Part shown: piece by piece, positions 8,905 through 17,595 of the stretch | Layout: each line of letters starts with the position of its first letter | How positions within the stretch are numbered: the stretch's first letter is position 1 | Program-made: the position numbers and the translations under genes | From: Abditibacteriaceae bacterium | GTDB taxonomy: Bacteria > Armatimonadota > Abditibacteriia > Abditibacteriales > Abditibacteriaceae | NCBI GenBank assembly: GCA_031425655.1 | Contig: JANPJS010000150.1 | Span: 1-42,290, forward strand | Reading direction: 5' to 3' | DNA: 42,290 nt | The notes under the pieces: generated by a model | What the model was told of the DNA's origin: nothing | Database searches by the model: none | What the model saw: only the letters and a program-made list of their open reading frames with translations

Positions 8905-10133
8905 AATCTTACAGCCTTGCGCGCTTCGCTGAACGCGGCCAGCGCGAAGGCGATTTCTTCGTGTGACAGCGCCGCGCTTGCTGTCACACGCAAACGGCTG
9001 CTGCCAACGGGCACAGTTGGCGGACGAATCGCCGGACACCACACGCCGCGTTCGCACAATGCCGCGCTTAACCCAACAGCCGCTTGCGCGTCGCCAATAA
9101 TCACAGGAATAATCGGCGACGATTGCAAGCGCGCCTCAAAACCCAACTCGCGCAGACCATTCGCTAACTTTTCAGTTACTTCGTGCAGGCGCACACACCG
9201 CTGAGGCTCGCGCCGCACGATTTCCAACGCTTTGAACGCGGCGCCACACGAAGCGGGCGCTAATCCCGTCGTGTAAATAAAAGGCCTCGCGGCGTTAATC
9301 AACCAATCAATCACCACGCGCGAACCGGCGACGAAGCCGCCCTGCGCGCCCAGCGCTTTGGACAGCGTGCCGACGAGGATGAGGGCCGGGTGCCCTCTGG
9401 GTAGGAGATGAGGGATGAAGGATGAATAAGATGCGCTATAATCGCTACTTGACGCCATTGGGCCTTGCGCCGCAGGCGCTTCTTCATCCCTCATCCCTCC
9501 GCCCTCATCCCTCGTCGTTCCCATGCCATGCGCATCGTCTAAAATCTGCACAGCGTCGAATTGCGCCGCAATTTGCGTCAATTGCGGCAAATCAGCTCCA
9601 TCGCCGTCCATTGAGAAAACAGTGTCGGACACGATGAAAAAGCGTTCGTTGCGCCGTTTTGCAGCATAGATTTTCAATAATTCGCGCAGTCGTTCGGGCG
9701 ATGAATAATAGCGCACAATCGCGCCGTTTGCGCTCGCCAGACGGCAGGCATCAATCAGCGAGGCGTGATTGCGCTTGTCGCAAAACAGCACGTCGCCACG
9801 CCGCGCCAACGACGAAACGACGGCTAAATTCGCGTGATAGCCGGACGGAAATACCAGCGCCGCCTCGCACTTTTTATAAGCGGCCAATTCGCTTTCGAGC
9901 CGCGCGTGCAGTGTCGTGTGGCCACTGACGAGGCGCGAAGCTCGCGCTCCGGCGCCAAACTCGCGCACCGCCGCGCACGCCGCTTCGATCACTTCGGGAT
10001 GCCGCGCCAGACCCAGATAATCGTTGGAAGCCAAATCAAGCGCACCGTCCGGCACCGCGCGCAAGCAGCGTCGCATCGAAGCCGCGTCTTTTTCGGCTAA
10101 AGCAGCGTGCAGTTGGTCTTCAAACGCAGTCAT
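8901..10133 (-). CDS. bioF: 8-amino-7-oxononanoate synthase, carrying an in-frame palindromic insertion
   Basis: SNDYLGL, GARASRLVSG, NHASLID, FSMDGD, DDAHG, GTLSKALG (PLP lysine), AIRPPTVP. Confidence 0.93.
   Translation of the reverse strand: MTAFEDQLHAALAEKDAASMRRCLRAVPDGALDLASNDYLGLARHPEVIEAACAAVREFGAGARASRLVSGHTTLHARLESELAAYKKCEAALVFPSGYHANLAVVSSLARRGDVLFCDKRNHASLIDACRLASANGAIVRYYSSPERLRELLKIYAAKRRNERFFIVSDTVFSMDGDGADLPQLTQIAAQFDAVQILDDAHGMGTTRDEGGGMRDEEAPAAQGPMASSSDYSASYSSFIPHLLPRGHPALILVGTLSKALGAQGGFVAGSRVVIDWLINAARPFIYTTGLAPASCGAAFKALEIVRREPQRCVRLHEVTEKLANGLRELGFEARLQSSPIIPVIIGDAQAAVGLSAALCERGVWCPAIRPPTVPVGSSRLRVTASAALSHEEIAFALAAFSEARKAVRL
9372..9516. repeat. GATGAGG-heptamer palindromic element inside the bioF coding sequence
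   Basis: gacgaggatgagggc...gatgagggatgaa versus ttcatccctcatccctccgccctcatccctcgtc; translated as RDEGGGMRDEE...SSFIPH. Confidence 0.82.
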
Positions 10134-10140
10134 GATTTTG

Positions 10141-10274
10141 TCTCTCGTCCTGCCCAAAGGGCACCCGACGCAAAGGCGCAAAGAAGACGTTAAATAAGGG
10201 TTTTGGTGGAAAAAATAATATCTTCCAAATCCTCTTTTACCGTCTTCTTTGCGCCTTTGCGTCTTTGCGAGAGA
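10141..10274. repeat. CGCAAAG(A/G)-armed palindromic element with a 20-bp insert in its left arm
   Basis: Right arm tctttgcgcctttgcgtctttgcgagaga; same family as 23955-24070 and 39923-39982. Confidence 0.82.
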
Positions 10275-10275
10275 T

Positions 10276-10992
10276 TTAATGCTCCGGCGGCTGCCAATCC
10301 GGCACCTGATCTTCGGGAACGGCGCCGTAAAGCGCGGTTTTGCGCCCGCTGCGCAGCGCCCAGCCGGGTTCGCCCCACGTCCAGTGCCACCACTCGCCGG
10401 GGAAATAAGTGAGGCCGGTAGCTTCTAAAACATCGCGCAGCAGCGCACGATTTCTGATGGCGATTTCGCTTAAACCTTCGACGAACATCGGTGCGCTGTC
10501 CCAACCCAGCGCGTGCGGCGAAACCATGTCGAGACGCTCGCCGTTTTCGTCCAGAATGCTTAAATCAACGGCGCCGCCCGTTGTGTGCGGCGGCGGCGTG
10601 TCCCAAATCGGCGGCGCGGAAAACACGTTGATATATTCGGTCAGCAGCTCTTCGTCCCAGTCGGGATGCTTTTCTTTGAGTTCGGCCCGCGCGCGGTCAT
10701 ACATCAATTTTTGAATCGCGAAAGGCCGAAAAGCGCCGATAATCTGCAAATGCCAGCCGTGCGGCAGCGCGTCCTGCGCTTGTTGCAGCATATGCGCGAC
10801 CGACAAACGCGCCAAACCCGAACGCGGAAAATCGAAGCGCGGACTTTGCTCGGCCCAGCGCAAATCGGGGCAAACCTCGAAAATATCCACCAGAGGCTCG
10901 CCGTTGTCTTCGATGGCGATTTTGATTAATTCTTCGACAGGCTCGCCGTAATGCTCGATGATGGGGCGTTCAAACGCTTGCGTTTCGCTCAT
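10276..10992 (-). CDS. M15D D-Ala-D-Ala dipeptidase (VanX/DdpX-like)
   Basis: FRP, H.TGGAVD and EWWHW zinc-peptidase motifs. Confidence 0.85.
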   Translation of the reverse strand: MSETQAFERPIIEHYGEPVEELIKIAIEDNGEPLVDIFEVCPDLRWAEQSPRFDFPRSGLARLSVAHMLQQAQDALPHGWHLQIIGAFRPFAIQKLMYDRARAELKEKHPDWDEELLTEYINVFSAPPIWDTPPPHTTGGAVDLSILDENGERLDMVSPHALGWDSAPMFVEGLSEIAIRNRALLRDVLEATGLTYFPGEWWHWTWGEPGWALRSGRKTALYGAVPEDQVPDWQPPEH

Positions 10993-11627
10993 GATTTCAA
11001 AGTCAACATCCGAATCAGAAACAGCACACTGATGAGCGCAACGCCGATGGTTGTCCAATGCTCTTTGTTGCCGCCGAAGGTTTGGTCGCGGCCCAAAAAC
11101 AAATCTTTGCTCCACGGACGCGGATTGGTGCGGAACGGCGTAAATCGCGGAAAAAGCGGCGGCACGTTCTTGCGATAAGTCGCGTATTCTTCGCCGAAAA
11201 TTTCCAGCAAACGGTCGCCTTCGCGCTGCTCTTTGCGCGGCATATAAACGAAGAAAAAGCCGATAATCGCCACCACAAAAATAATGGTGAGCGCGATATT
11301 ATAGCTTTTGCTGAAGTCGAAACCCACGCCCGACATCACCGCGAAGCCGACAATAAAGAGAAAGCGGCCCAGATAAAACGGATTGCGCGTGTATTCATAA
11401 GGCCCGGAAACCGCGAGGCGCGCGTTGCGCGTGAGGTGTCCGCCGGCCCAAACGCGCCACCACGCGCCCAGCGCCACCAAAACCGCGCCGATGCCGAACG
11501 AAGCCGGCGTGGGCCGCGAAAAATAAATGGCAAGGGCCAGCAGCGCATAAACGAAAATCAAGCGTAGTTTTTCCGCCAAAGGCTTGCTCATCACGCCGAC
11601 AGGGCGAGTTGTTTCAGTTTGTGTCAA
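10989..11627 (-). CDS. Isoprenylcysteine carboxylmethyltransferase/PEMT family membrane methyltransferase
   Basis: L.VSGPY..TRNPFYLG; FGEEYATYRKNVP.LFPR. Confidence 0.85.
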   Translation of the reverse strand: MTQTETTRPVGVMSKPLAEKLRLIFVYALLALAIYFSRPTPASFGIGAVLVALGAWWRVWAGGHLTRNARLAVSGPYEYTRNPFYLGRFLFIVGFAVMSGVGFDFSKSYNIALTIIFVVAIIGFFFVYMPRKEQREGDRLLEIFGEEYATYRKNVPPLFPRFTPFRTNPRPWSKDLFLGRDQTFGGNKEHWTTIGVALISVLFLIRMLTLKS

Positions 11628-12409
11628 TGTTTCTCCTCAAAGTCCGTTTTCGATGCGTTGGGTTCGCTGTTTTGTAACAATCGCTGCACTTCGGCGCCGG
11701 CAAACATCCACTGGCGCGACGGTTTTTTGCCGCGCACAATGGCGAACAAAAAGCGCAGTCGCTTCACGAACCGATAAAAGCCGGACGGCCCGCTCAGCAA
11801 AATTTCGCGCTCGTGCGGCGTGACGCGCTGTGGTGCGTGCAGTAGCTTCAGCTTGGCCAAAGCACGTTCATCTAAAGCGCGCCATTGGGCGAACGACGCG
11901 GCTTTGGCGCCGCGAGGCGTGTCGCCGAAGAACCCGGCTGTGGCCCAATCAATTAGGGCAACGGCGCCCTGCTCGTTTACCAAAATGTTCGCGCCGTGCA
12001 AATCGCCGTGCGTCACGCCGCGCCGGTGCATCGCGGCCACCAGCGCCTCGATTTTCTCTAAAACGCCGGGCGCTACTTCGCCGCGTGCGAATTCTTTAAT
12101 TGGCGTTCCGGCGCGGTGTTCAACGACAATGGCATCGGCATCGGGCCGCGCAATGGCTTTGGGCACTTCGGGCAAATCGTCTAAGGCCACCATCGCGCGC
12201 CATTCGCGCAGCAATGAATAACGCCCGCCCAAAACTCGCACGACCAGCGGACGGCGCGCGAAATCTTTAATTACCACGCGCCGCGCCGAACCCGTCGGCC
12301 ATTCGGCCAGCCAGACATCGGCCTTGCTGCCGTTGCGCGCGACGTGCAACGCCGTTTTCGGCAAGCGTTCGAGCGCGGCTCTGGTCAACGCTAAATGAGT
12401 GTTAGCCAC
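11624..12409 (-). CDS. Protein kinase-like phosphotransferase (RIO1/Kdo-like)
   Basis: VVIKDF, HGDLHGANILV, LIDW. Confidence 0.8.
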   Translation of the reverse strand: MANTHLALTRAALERLPKTALHVARNGSKADVWLAEWPTGSARRVVIKDFARRPLVVRVLGGRYSLLREWRAMVALDDLPEVPKAIARPDADAIVVEHRAGTPIKEFARGEVAPGVLEKIEALVAAMHRRGVTHGDLHGANILVNEQGAVALIDWATAGFFGDTPRGAKAASFAQWRALDERALAKLKLLHAPQRVTPHEREILLSGPSGFYRFVKRLRFLFAIVRGKKPSRQWMFAGAEVQRLLQNSEPNASKTDFEEKH

Positions 12410-12432
12410 AACGATTTTTAACGGCTAAGTCG

Positions 12433-12559
12433 AGCTTTCAATGGAACACGGAGCTTCGCTACACGGAAACAACCACGGATTTGCACGGATTTTTTTGATT
12501 GATCTGTGTAAATCCGTGGTTGTTTCCGTGTAGCGAAGCTCCGTGTTCCATTGAAAGCT
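12433..12559. repeat. Long palindromic element (AATGGAACACGGAGCTTCGC family)
   Basis: About 50-bp perfect inverted repeat agctttcaatggaacacggagcttcgctacacggaaacaaccacggattt; sibling at 29848-29995. Confidence 0.9.
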
Positions 12560-12580
12560 TTACCCTCGTTTCCCAAGGCA

Positions 12581-13564
12581 TCAACCAACGACCATCGGCA
12601 TCATTTCCGCCGAGCCGAAAACGCCGCAAACGCCGCGTTCGCGCAGCCAAATGGCGCGCTTGAGATAGCCCAAAGCCGGGCCGCACACGTTGGCCGCCAT
12701 CGAAGTTTCGTCGCCTAAAATGAACTTGTGCTGCGCCCGTTTGCCCTCGAAAGTGATGCCCGTCAACGTCATCACGGTCGAAACCGGCTTTTTGGCCGAG
12801 CGCGTGTCCATCACGCCGCCGACCGTGACTTGCTTGCGCGAACAAACTCCGGCGCGCTCCAACATGATGTCGTCGGCGTGTTCCATTTCGCGCAGCGTCA
12901 GCTTGCCTTCGCTGAGGCTAAGAAGCGCTTCGACTTCGGCGTCGGTAAGAGCTTTGGCTTTTTCCACATCCCAGCCGGGCAAATGCGCGATGTCTTCGCG
13001 GATCGTCGCCTTGTATTCTTCCCAACACGGAATGCCAACGCCCCAGAATATGTCCACGCCTTCGACTTCGACGAAGCTTTGCGCCGCCAGAGCCGCCGCC
13101 GCCGTAAGCAGGCCGGGCGTCGCGCCGCAGCCGGTTAAATACACGCAACCAGCGGCTTTCACGGTCTCGTCCAACTCGAACATCATTTCCATCGCGCGCG
13201 TGCGCTTGAGAGCGTCCACGAAGCAGCCTTTGAAGCCATTTTCGATAAAACGCCGCGTAATACCGGGAATGAAATCGTTGGGCAGATTCGGCAAGGCCAA
13301 AAACACGCCGTCGAACTTGTCGCCGAGTTTGATGATTTCGCCGATGGAATCGGCGGTAGCGACACCGTTTTCCAACTGCGCCACGCTGCCGCCGGCTTTG
13401 ACGCGCACGATGTCGCTGCCCGCGATGCCGTCGGCGTTATAAAGGTAGCCGCCGGCGTCGCCGACAGCCACCAATGTCATTTCTTTTTTCTGCTCGATGA
13501 TTTGCGCGGCGGCCTTGCCCAGCCCGCCCGCGCCCAAAATTGCGATTTTCATGGGTTGTTTCAT
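12581..13564 (-). CDS. bioU: BioU, the NAD(P)-dependent single-turnover enzyme replacing BioA in biotin synthesis
   Basis: Rossmann G.GGLG, LALPNLPN, VDALKRT, GCGATPGLLTAAAALAAQS, TIREDIAHLPG, MEHADD, LGDETSMAANVCGPA; near bioF/bioD, no bioA in window. Confidence 0.88.
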   Translation of the reverse strand: MKQPMKIAILGAGGLGKAAAQIIEQKKEMTLVAVGDAGGYLYNADGIAGSDIVRVKAGGSVAQLENGVATADSIGEIIKLGDKFDGVFLALPNLPNDFIPGITRRFIENGFKGCFVDALKRTRAMEMMFELDETVKAAGCVYLTGCGATPGLLTAAAALAAQSFVEVEGVDIFWGVGIPCWEEYKATIREDIAHLPGWDVEKAKALTDAEVEALLSLSEGKLTLREMEHADDIMLERAGVCSRKQVTVGGVMDTRSAKKPVSTVMTLTGITFEGKRAQHKFILGDETSMAANVCGPALGYLKRAIWLRERGVCGVFGSAEMMPMVVG

Positions 13565-13658
13565 TGCGTCCTTGTCGAATCGAATGTCTCCAAGAAATAT
13601 ATCAAAAATGGGCCGGATGGCGGCGCGACTCACCGCCCGCTGTTTGCTCTAAGCGTTC

Positions 13659-14972
13659 GTGAAAAACTTCCTCTTAGCCGGCCTTGCGCTGGCGCTTTCC
13701 ACCTCTGCGTTCGCGCAAAACACGCCGCCCGCCGGTTTTACGGCGCTGTTCAACGGCACTGATCTTTCCGGCTGGCGCGGCGGCGACACCAAAGACGACC
13801 GCTGGCTCAAAGCTTTGCCCGACGACAAGCGCGCCGAGCAAATCAAAACGTGGACGGACGATTTGAAGCGCCACTGGAAAGCCGAAGGCGGCGAACTTCT
13901 CAACGACGGTCAGGGCGCCTACGCCACGACCGAAAAAGATTTCGGCGATTTCGAGTTGCTCGTGGATTACAACATGGCGCCACGCGGCGATTCCGGCGTG
14001 TATTTGCGCAATGTGCCACAAGTGCAGATTTGGGATCCAAACGATGCCAAACCCGGCGACGCCAAAGGTCAGGACAAAGGCAGCGGCGGCCTGTGGAACA
14101 ACTCGCCGGGCGCGCCGGGCAAGGACCCTCTTGTTTTGGCCGACAAAAAGCCGGGCGAATGGAATCACCTGCGCATTGTGATGATCGGCTCGCGCGTGAG
14201 CATCTGGCTGAACGACAAATTGACGGTAGACAACGCGATTCTCGAAAATTACTACGACCGCAAAACGCCAATTCCCGCGCGCGGCCCAATTTGCCTGCAA
14301 ACCCACGGCGCGCCGATTAAGTGGCGCAACGTGTTTCTTCGTGAAATCGGCAGCGCCGAAGCCAATAAAATTCTCGCGGCGCACGGCACCGACAACTTTG
14401 CGGCTATTTTCAACGGCAAAAGCTTCGACGGTTGGGCCGGGCCTCTGGAAAATTACGAAGTCGTGGACGGCACGATTCGCTGCAAACCGGACAAAGGCGG
14501 CACGATTTATTGGAATCAGGAATTAAGCGATTTCGTGGCGCGCCTTGAATTCAAAGTGCCGCCCGGCGGCAACAACGGCCTTGCGATTCGCTATCCCGGA
14601 ACCGGCGATACGGCTTACGGCGGCATGACCGAATTGCAAATTCTTGATGACAATTACGACAAAGTGCGCGGCCCGATTGACCCGAAGCAGGTTCACGGCT
14701 CGGCTTACGGCATGGCCGGTGCCTTTCGCGGCTACCATCACCCGGTTGGCGAGTGGAACTTTCAGGAAGTGACCGTTAAAGGCTCGACAATCAAAGTCGA
14801 ACTCAACGGAACGGTGATTTTAGACAGCGATTTATCGAAAATTGACCCGGCGACCTTTATGGGCGGCACGCCGCATCCCGGCAGAGAACGCAAATCAGGC
14901 TTTTTCGGCTTCGCCGGGCACAGCGACCCCGTCGCCTTTCGCAACGTGCAAATTAAGAAGTTGGCCGGATAA
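13659..14972 (+). CDS. Secreted tandem DUF1080 (3-keto-disaccharide hydrolase-like) protein
   Basis: Signal peptide; two repeats of LFNG.DL.GW ... GEWN ... FRN. Confidence 0.88.
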   Translation: MKNFLLAGLALALSTSAFAQNTPPAGFTALFNGTDLSGWRGGDTKDDRWLKALPDDKRAEQIKTWTDDLKRHWKAEGGELLNDGQGAYATTEKDFGDFELLVDYNMAPRGDSGVYLRNVPQVQIWDPNDAKPGDAKGQDKGSGGLWNNSPGAPGKDPLVLADKKPGEWNHLRIVMIGSRVSIWLNDKLTVDNAILENYYDRKTPIPARGPICLQTHGAPIKWRNVFLREIGSAEANKILAAHGTDNFAAIFNGKSFDGWAGPLENYEVVDGTIRCKPDKGGTIYWNQELSDFVARLEFKVPPGGNNGLAIRYPGTGDTAYGGMTELQILDDNYDKVRGPIDPKQVHGSAYGMAGAFRGYHHPVGEWNFQEVTVKGSTIKVELNGTVILDSDLSKIDPATFMGGTPHPGRERKSGFFGFAGHSDPVAFRNVQIKKLAG

Positions 14973-14981
14973 ACTGCGCTT

Positions 14982-16358
14982 ATGCACCTCGTCTGGCACC
15001 GCACCGAACTTCGCACACACGACCACCCGGCGCTTTGCGCCGCACACGAATTGGCAAGGCAAGACGGCACGTCCGTCTTGCCTTTAGTCATTATTGACCC
15101 GAAGATTTTCGGGCGTGCCGATCTCACGCCGCGACGCCGGGCGTGGTTTCTCGAAAACACGTGCGCCTTGCGCGAAAGCTATCGCAAATTGGGCAGCGAT
15201 TTAATCGTGCGCGAAGGCGACCCGACCCAAGTTTTAGACGACTTGGCGCGCGAATTAAAATCCGCCAAGCATCCGCTCCGCACAGCCCATTTCATCCGCA
15301 ATTACACGCCCTATGCGAAAACGCGCGATGCAGCGGCGACACAGGCAATGCAAAAGCACGCCGTGCAGGTTTTCACTTACGGCGGGCAATATACGCACGA
15401 ACCCGGCGAAGTTCTCACCAACGAAGGCGGGCGCTACACGGTTCATGGCCCGTTCATCAAAAAATGGCGTTCTCTGGAAAAACCGGAAATTCTGGCCCGT
15501 CCCCGTAAATTGCCGCCTTTGCCTCCCGAAGTGCTTTGCGGCGAGATTCCACACGTCGAAAGCGACATCGTGCTGCCCAAAACCGGCGAGGCGGCAGCCA
15601 AAAGGCGTCTCGATTGGTTTTTAGCCAACAACGAGGAGAATTATCAAGCGATTCGCAGCCTACCGGCGCTCGAAGACGCCACCAGCAAATTGAGCTACTA
15701 TTTCAACATCGGCGTGCTTTCGCCGCGTTTGGCGCAAAGCAAAGCCACGACTTATAAATGGAATTTCGAGCTTTCGTGGTGGGATTTCTTCGCTGATTTG
15801 CTGGACAAGCATCCCGACAGCGCCAGCGAAGAAGCCGTGCCCGCATGGCGCGGCTTCGCGTGGCGCAACGACAGCGCAGATTTCGAGCGCTGGAAAAACG
15901 GCGGAACCGGCTTTCCACTCATTGACGCCGGAATGCGCGAGCTTCGACAAACTGGCTTCATGCACAACCGCGTGCGCATGGCGACAGCCGAATTTCTAAC
16001 GCGCCATTTACAGATTGACTGGCGACTTGGCGAAGAGCTTTTTCGCGGTTGGCTGCTTTGCGGCGACCGCGCGCAAAACGTCGGCAACTGGCAGTGGGTG
16101 GCCGGATGCGGCCTGAGCGCCAAAGCCTATTTTCGCACCGGAAACCCAATTTCACTGGCCAAAACCGCCGATCCCAATGCCGATTATATTCGCCGTTGGG
16201 TGCCCGAATTGGCCGATTTAACGCCCGCTCAAATTCACGAATTAGGGCAAAGCGATGCGCGGCCCGCAAACTATCCGGCGCCGATGGTGAATATCAAAGA
16301 AACACGCGCACGCTATTCAGAAACCGCTAAAGCACATCTGGCAAAATCCAAAAGCTGA
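14982..16358 (+). CDS. phrB: Deoxyribodipyrimidine photolyase/cryptochrome
   Basis: W.R.ELR.HDHPAL, G.TGFPLIDAGMRELRQTGFMHNRVRM, GNWQWVAG, YIRRWVPEL. Confidence 0.92.
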   Translation: MHLVWHRTELRTHDHPALCAAHELARQDGTSVLPLVIIDPKIFGRADLTPRRRAWFLENTCALRESYRKLGSDLIVREGDPTQVLDDLARELKSAKHPLRTAHFIRNYTPYAKTRDAAATQAMQKHAVQVFTYGGQYTHEPGEVLTNEGGRYTVHGPFIKKWRSLEKPEILARPRKLPPLPPEVLCGEIPHVESDIVLPKTGEAAAKRRLDWFLANNEENYQAIRSLPALEDATSKLSYYFNIGVLSPRLAQSKATTYKWNFELSWWDFFADLLDKHPDSASEEAVPAWRGFAWRNDSADFERWKNGGTGFPLIDAGMRELRQTGFMHNRVRMATAEFLTRHLQIDWRLGEELFRGWLLCGDRAQNVGNWQWVAGCGLSAKAYFRTGNPISLAKTADPNADYIRRWVPELADLTPAQIHELGQSDARPANYPAPMVNIKETRARYSETAKAHLAKSKS

Positions 16359-16395
16359 CGGGTTCTGGCGCAATTCTTTAATGAAAATGCTTTAT

Positions 16396-17595
16396 TTAAG
16401 GCGCCGCCTCGAAAATCAGCACGCCGATGTGCCCGCCAAAGCCGTAATTCAGGCTCATCACGGTTTTCAACGGCAAGTCGCGTCCGCACGATTCACTCGT
16501 GATTGGAATGTAATCCAAATCACAGGCGTCGTCGGGTTCTTCGAGATTCAAGGTTGGCGGCGCCCATTGTTCGCGTAGGGCTTGCAGGCAAATCACAGCT
16601 TCGACGGCGCCCGCCGCGCCTAACAAATGCCCAGTGAGAGGTTTCGTTGAAGAAACCGGCACGCTTTTACCGAAGACGCTTTTGATGCCGCGCGACTCGA
16701 TTTCGTCGTTCAAAAGCGTGGCCGTTCCGTGCGCGTTGATGTAATCAATTTGTGGGTTCCCGGCGCGCTTCAATGCGCGTTCTATTGCCCGCGCAATCGA
16801 ATCGCCCGACGGGCACATCGCGGTCATCGAAGTCGCATCGGCGCCCATGTCCCAGCCTGTTACATATCCGTGAATTTTCGCGCCGCGTGCCCTTGCGTGT
16901 TCTTCGTTTTCCAAGATGAGTGCGCCAATGCCTTCAGATGGCACAAAACCATCGCGCCGATGATCGAATGGATGCATAATTCCACTCTTCGAAAGAGCGC
17001 CAATTTGCCGGTAGCCAGCCGTGACAAGTGGTGTTTGTGCCCTTTCTTCTGCTCCGCACAATACCCAATCTGCCTGTCCCCAACGGATCATCTGGGCACC
17101 GCGCGCAATAGCGTGCGCTCCACTTGCACAGGCCGCGACAGGACACTGAGAGTTGCCTGCGCCCAGCCATTTACACAACAGATAAGCAGGATCGTCACAA
17201 GTCCATCCCAGCCTGTCCATCTGCGCCCTTAACTTCCGGCCTGACCAAAAGCGCTGCCAGTCATCTTGAAGCCAGAAAACATCCCCTTTTGAGGACGAGA
17301 AAACCACAGCAGAACGCTCCGGCAGCACACCAATTTGCAGCAGGGAATCGATATCCCAATTCGCTAATGCCACATAAAGAGCTTTACTTAAGGGGCGTAT
17401 CTTTCTACTGAGAGAACGCTTCAAAGGAATTTGATATTGCCACCAATACCGTTCAACAAGGTAGCGAAAACCATATTCGTTATCGCAGGAATTGATATTG
17501 GGCAAGTAAGCAGTCTGACAGGCGCGGCCATCAGGCCCGCCGAAAAGTGCCATATAATTCGTCACCGCTACGCGCGGTGCGCTTTCGTTTGCCAT
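16396..17595 (-). CDS. Beta-ketoacyl-ACP synthase (FabF-like, divergent N-terminus)
   Basis: AACASG (catalytic Cys), NAHGTAT, STKPLTGHLLGAAG, NYGFGG; start overlaps upstream stop (TGATG). Confidence 0.88.
   Translation of the reverse strand: MANESAPRVAVTNYMALFGGPDGRACQTAYLPNINSCDNEYGFRYLVERYWWQYQIPLKRSLSRKIRPLSKALYVALANWDIDSLLQIGVLPERSAVVFSSSKGDVFWLQDDWQRFWSGRKLRAQMDRLGWTCDDPAYLLCKWLGAGNSQCPVAACASGAHAIARGAQMIRWGQADWVLCGAEERAQTPLVTAGYRQIGALSKSGIMHPFDHRRDGFVPSEGIGALILENEEHARARGAKIHGYVTGWDMGADATSMTAMCPSGDSIARAIERALKRAGNPQIDYINAHGTATLLNDEIESRGIKSVFGKSVPVSSTKPLTGHLLGAAGAVEAVICLQALREQWAPPTLNLEEPDDACDLDYIPITSESCGRDLPLKTVMSLNYGFGGHIGVLIFEAAP

Noticed and set aside
16860..17560. Diversity-generating retroelement target in the fabF-like gene
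   Set aside because: No reverse transcriptase or template/variable repeat pair is visible in the window.
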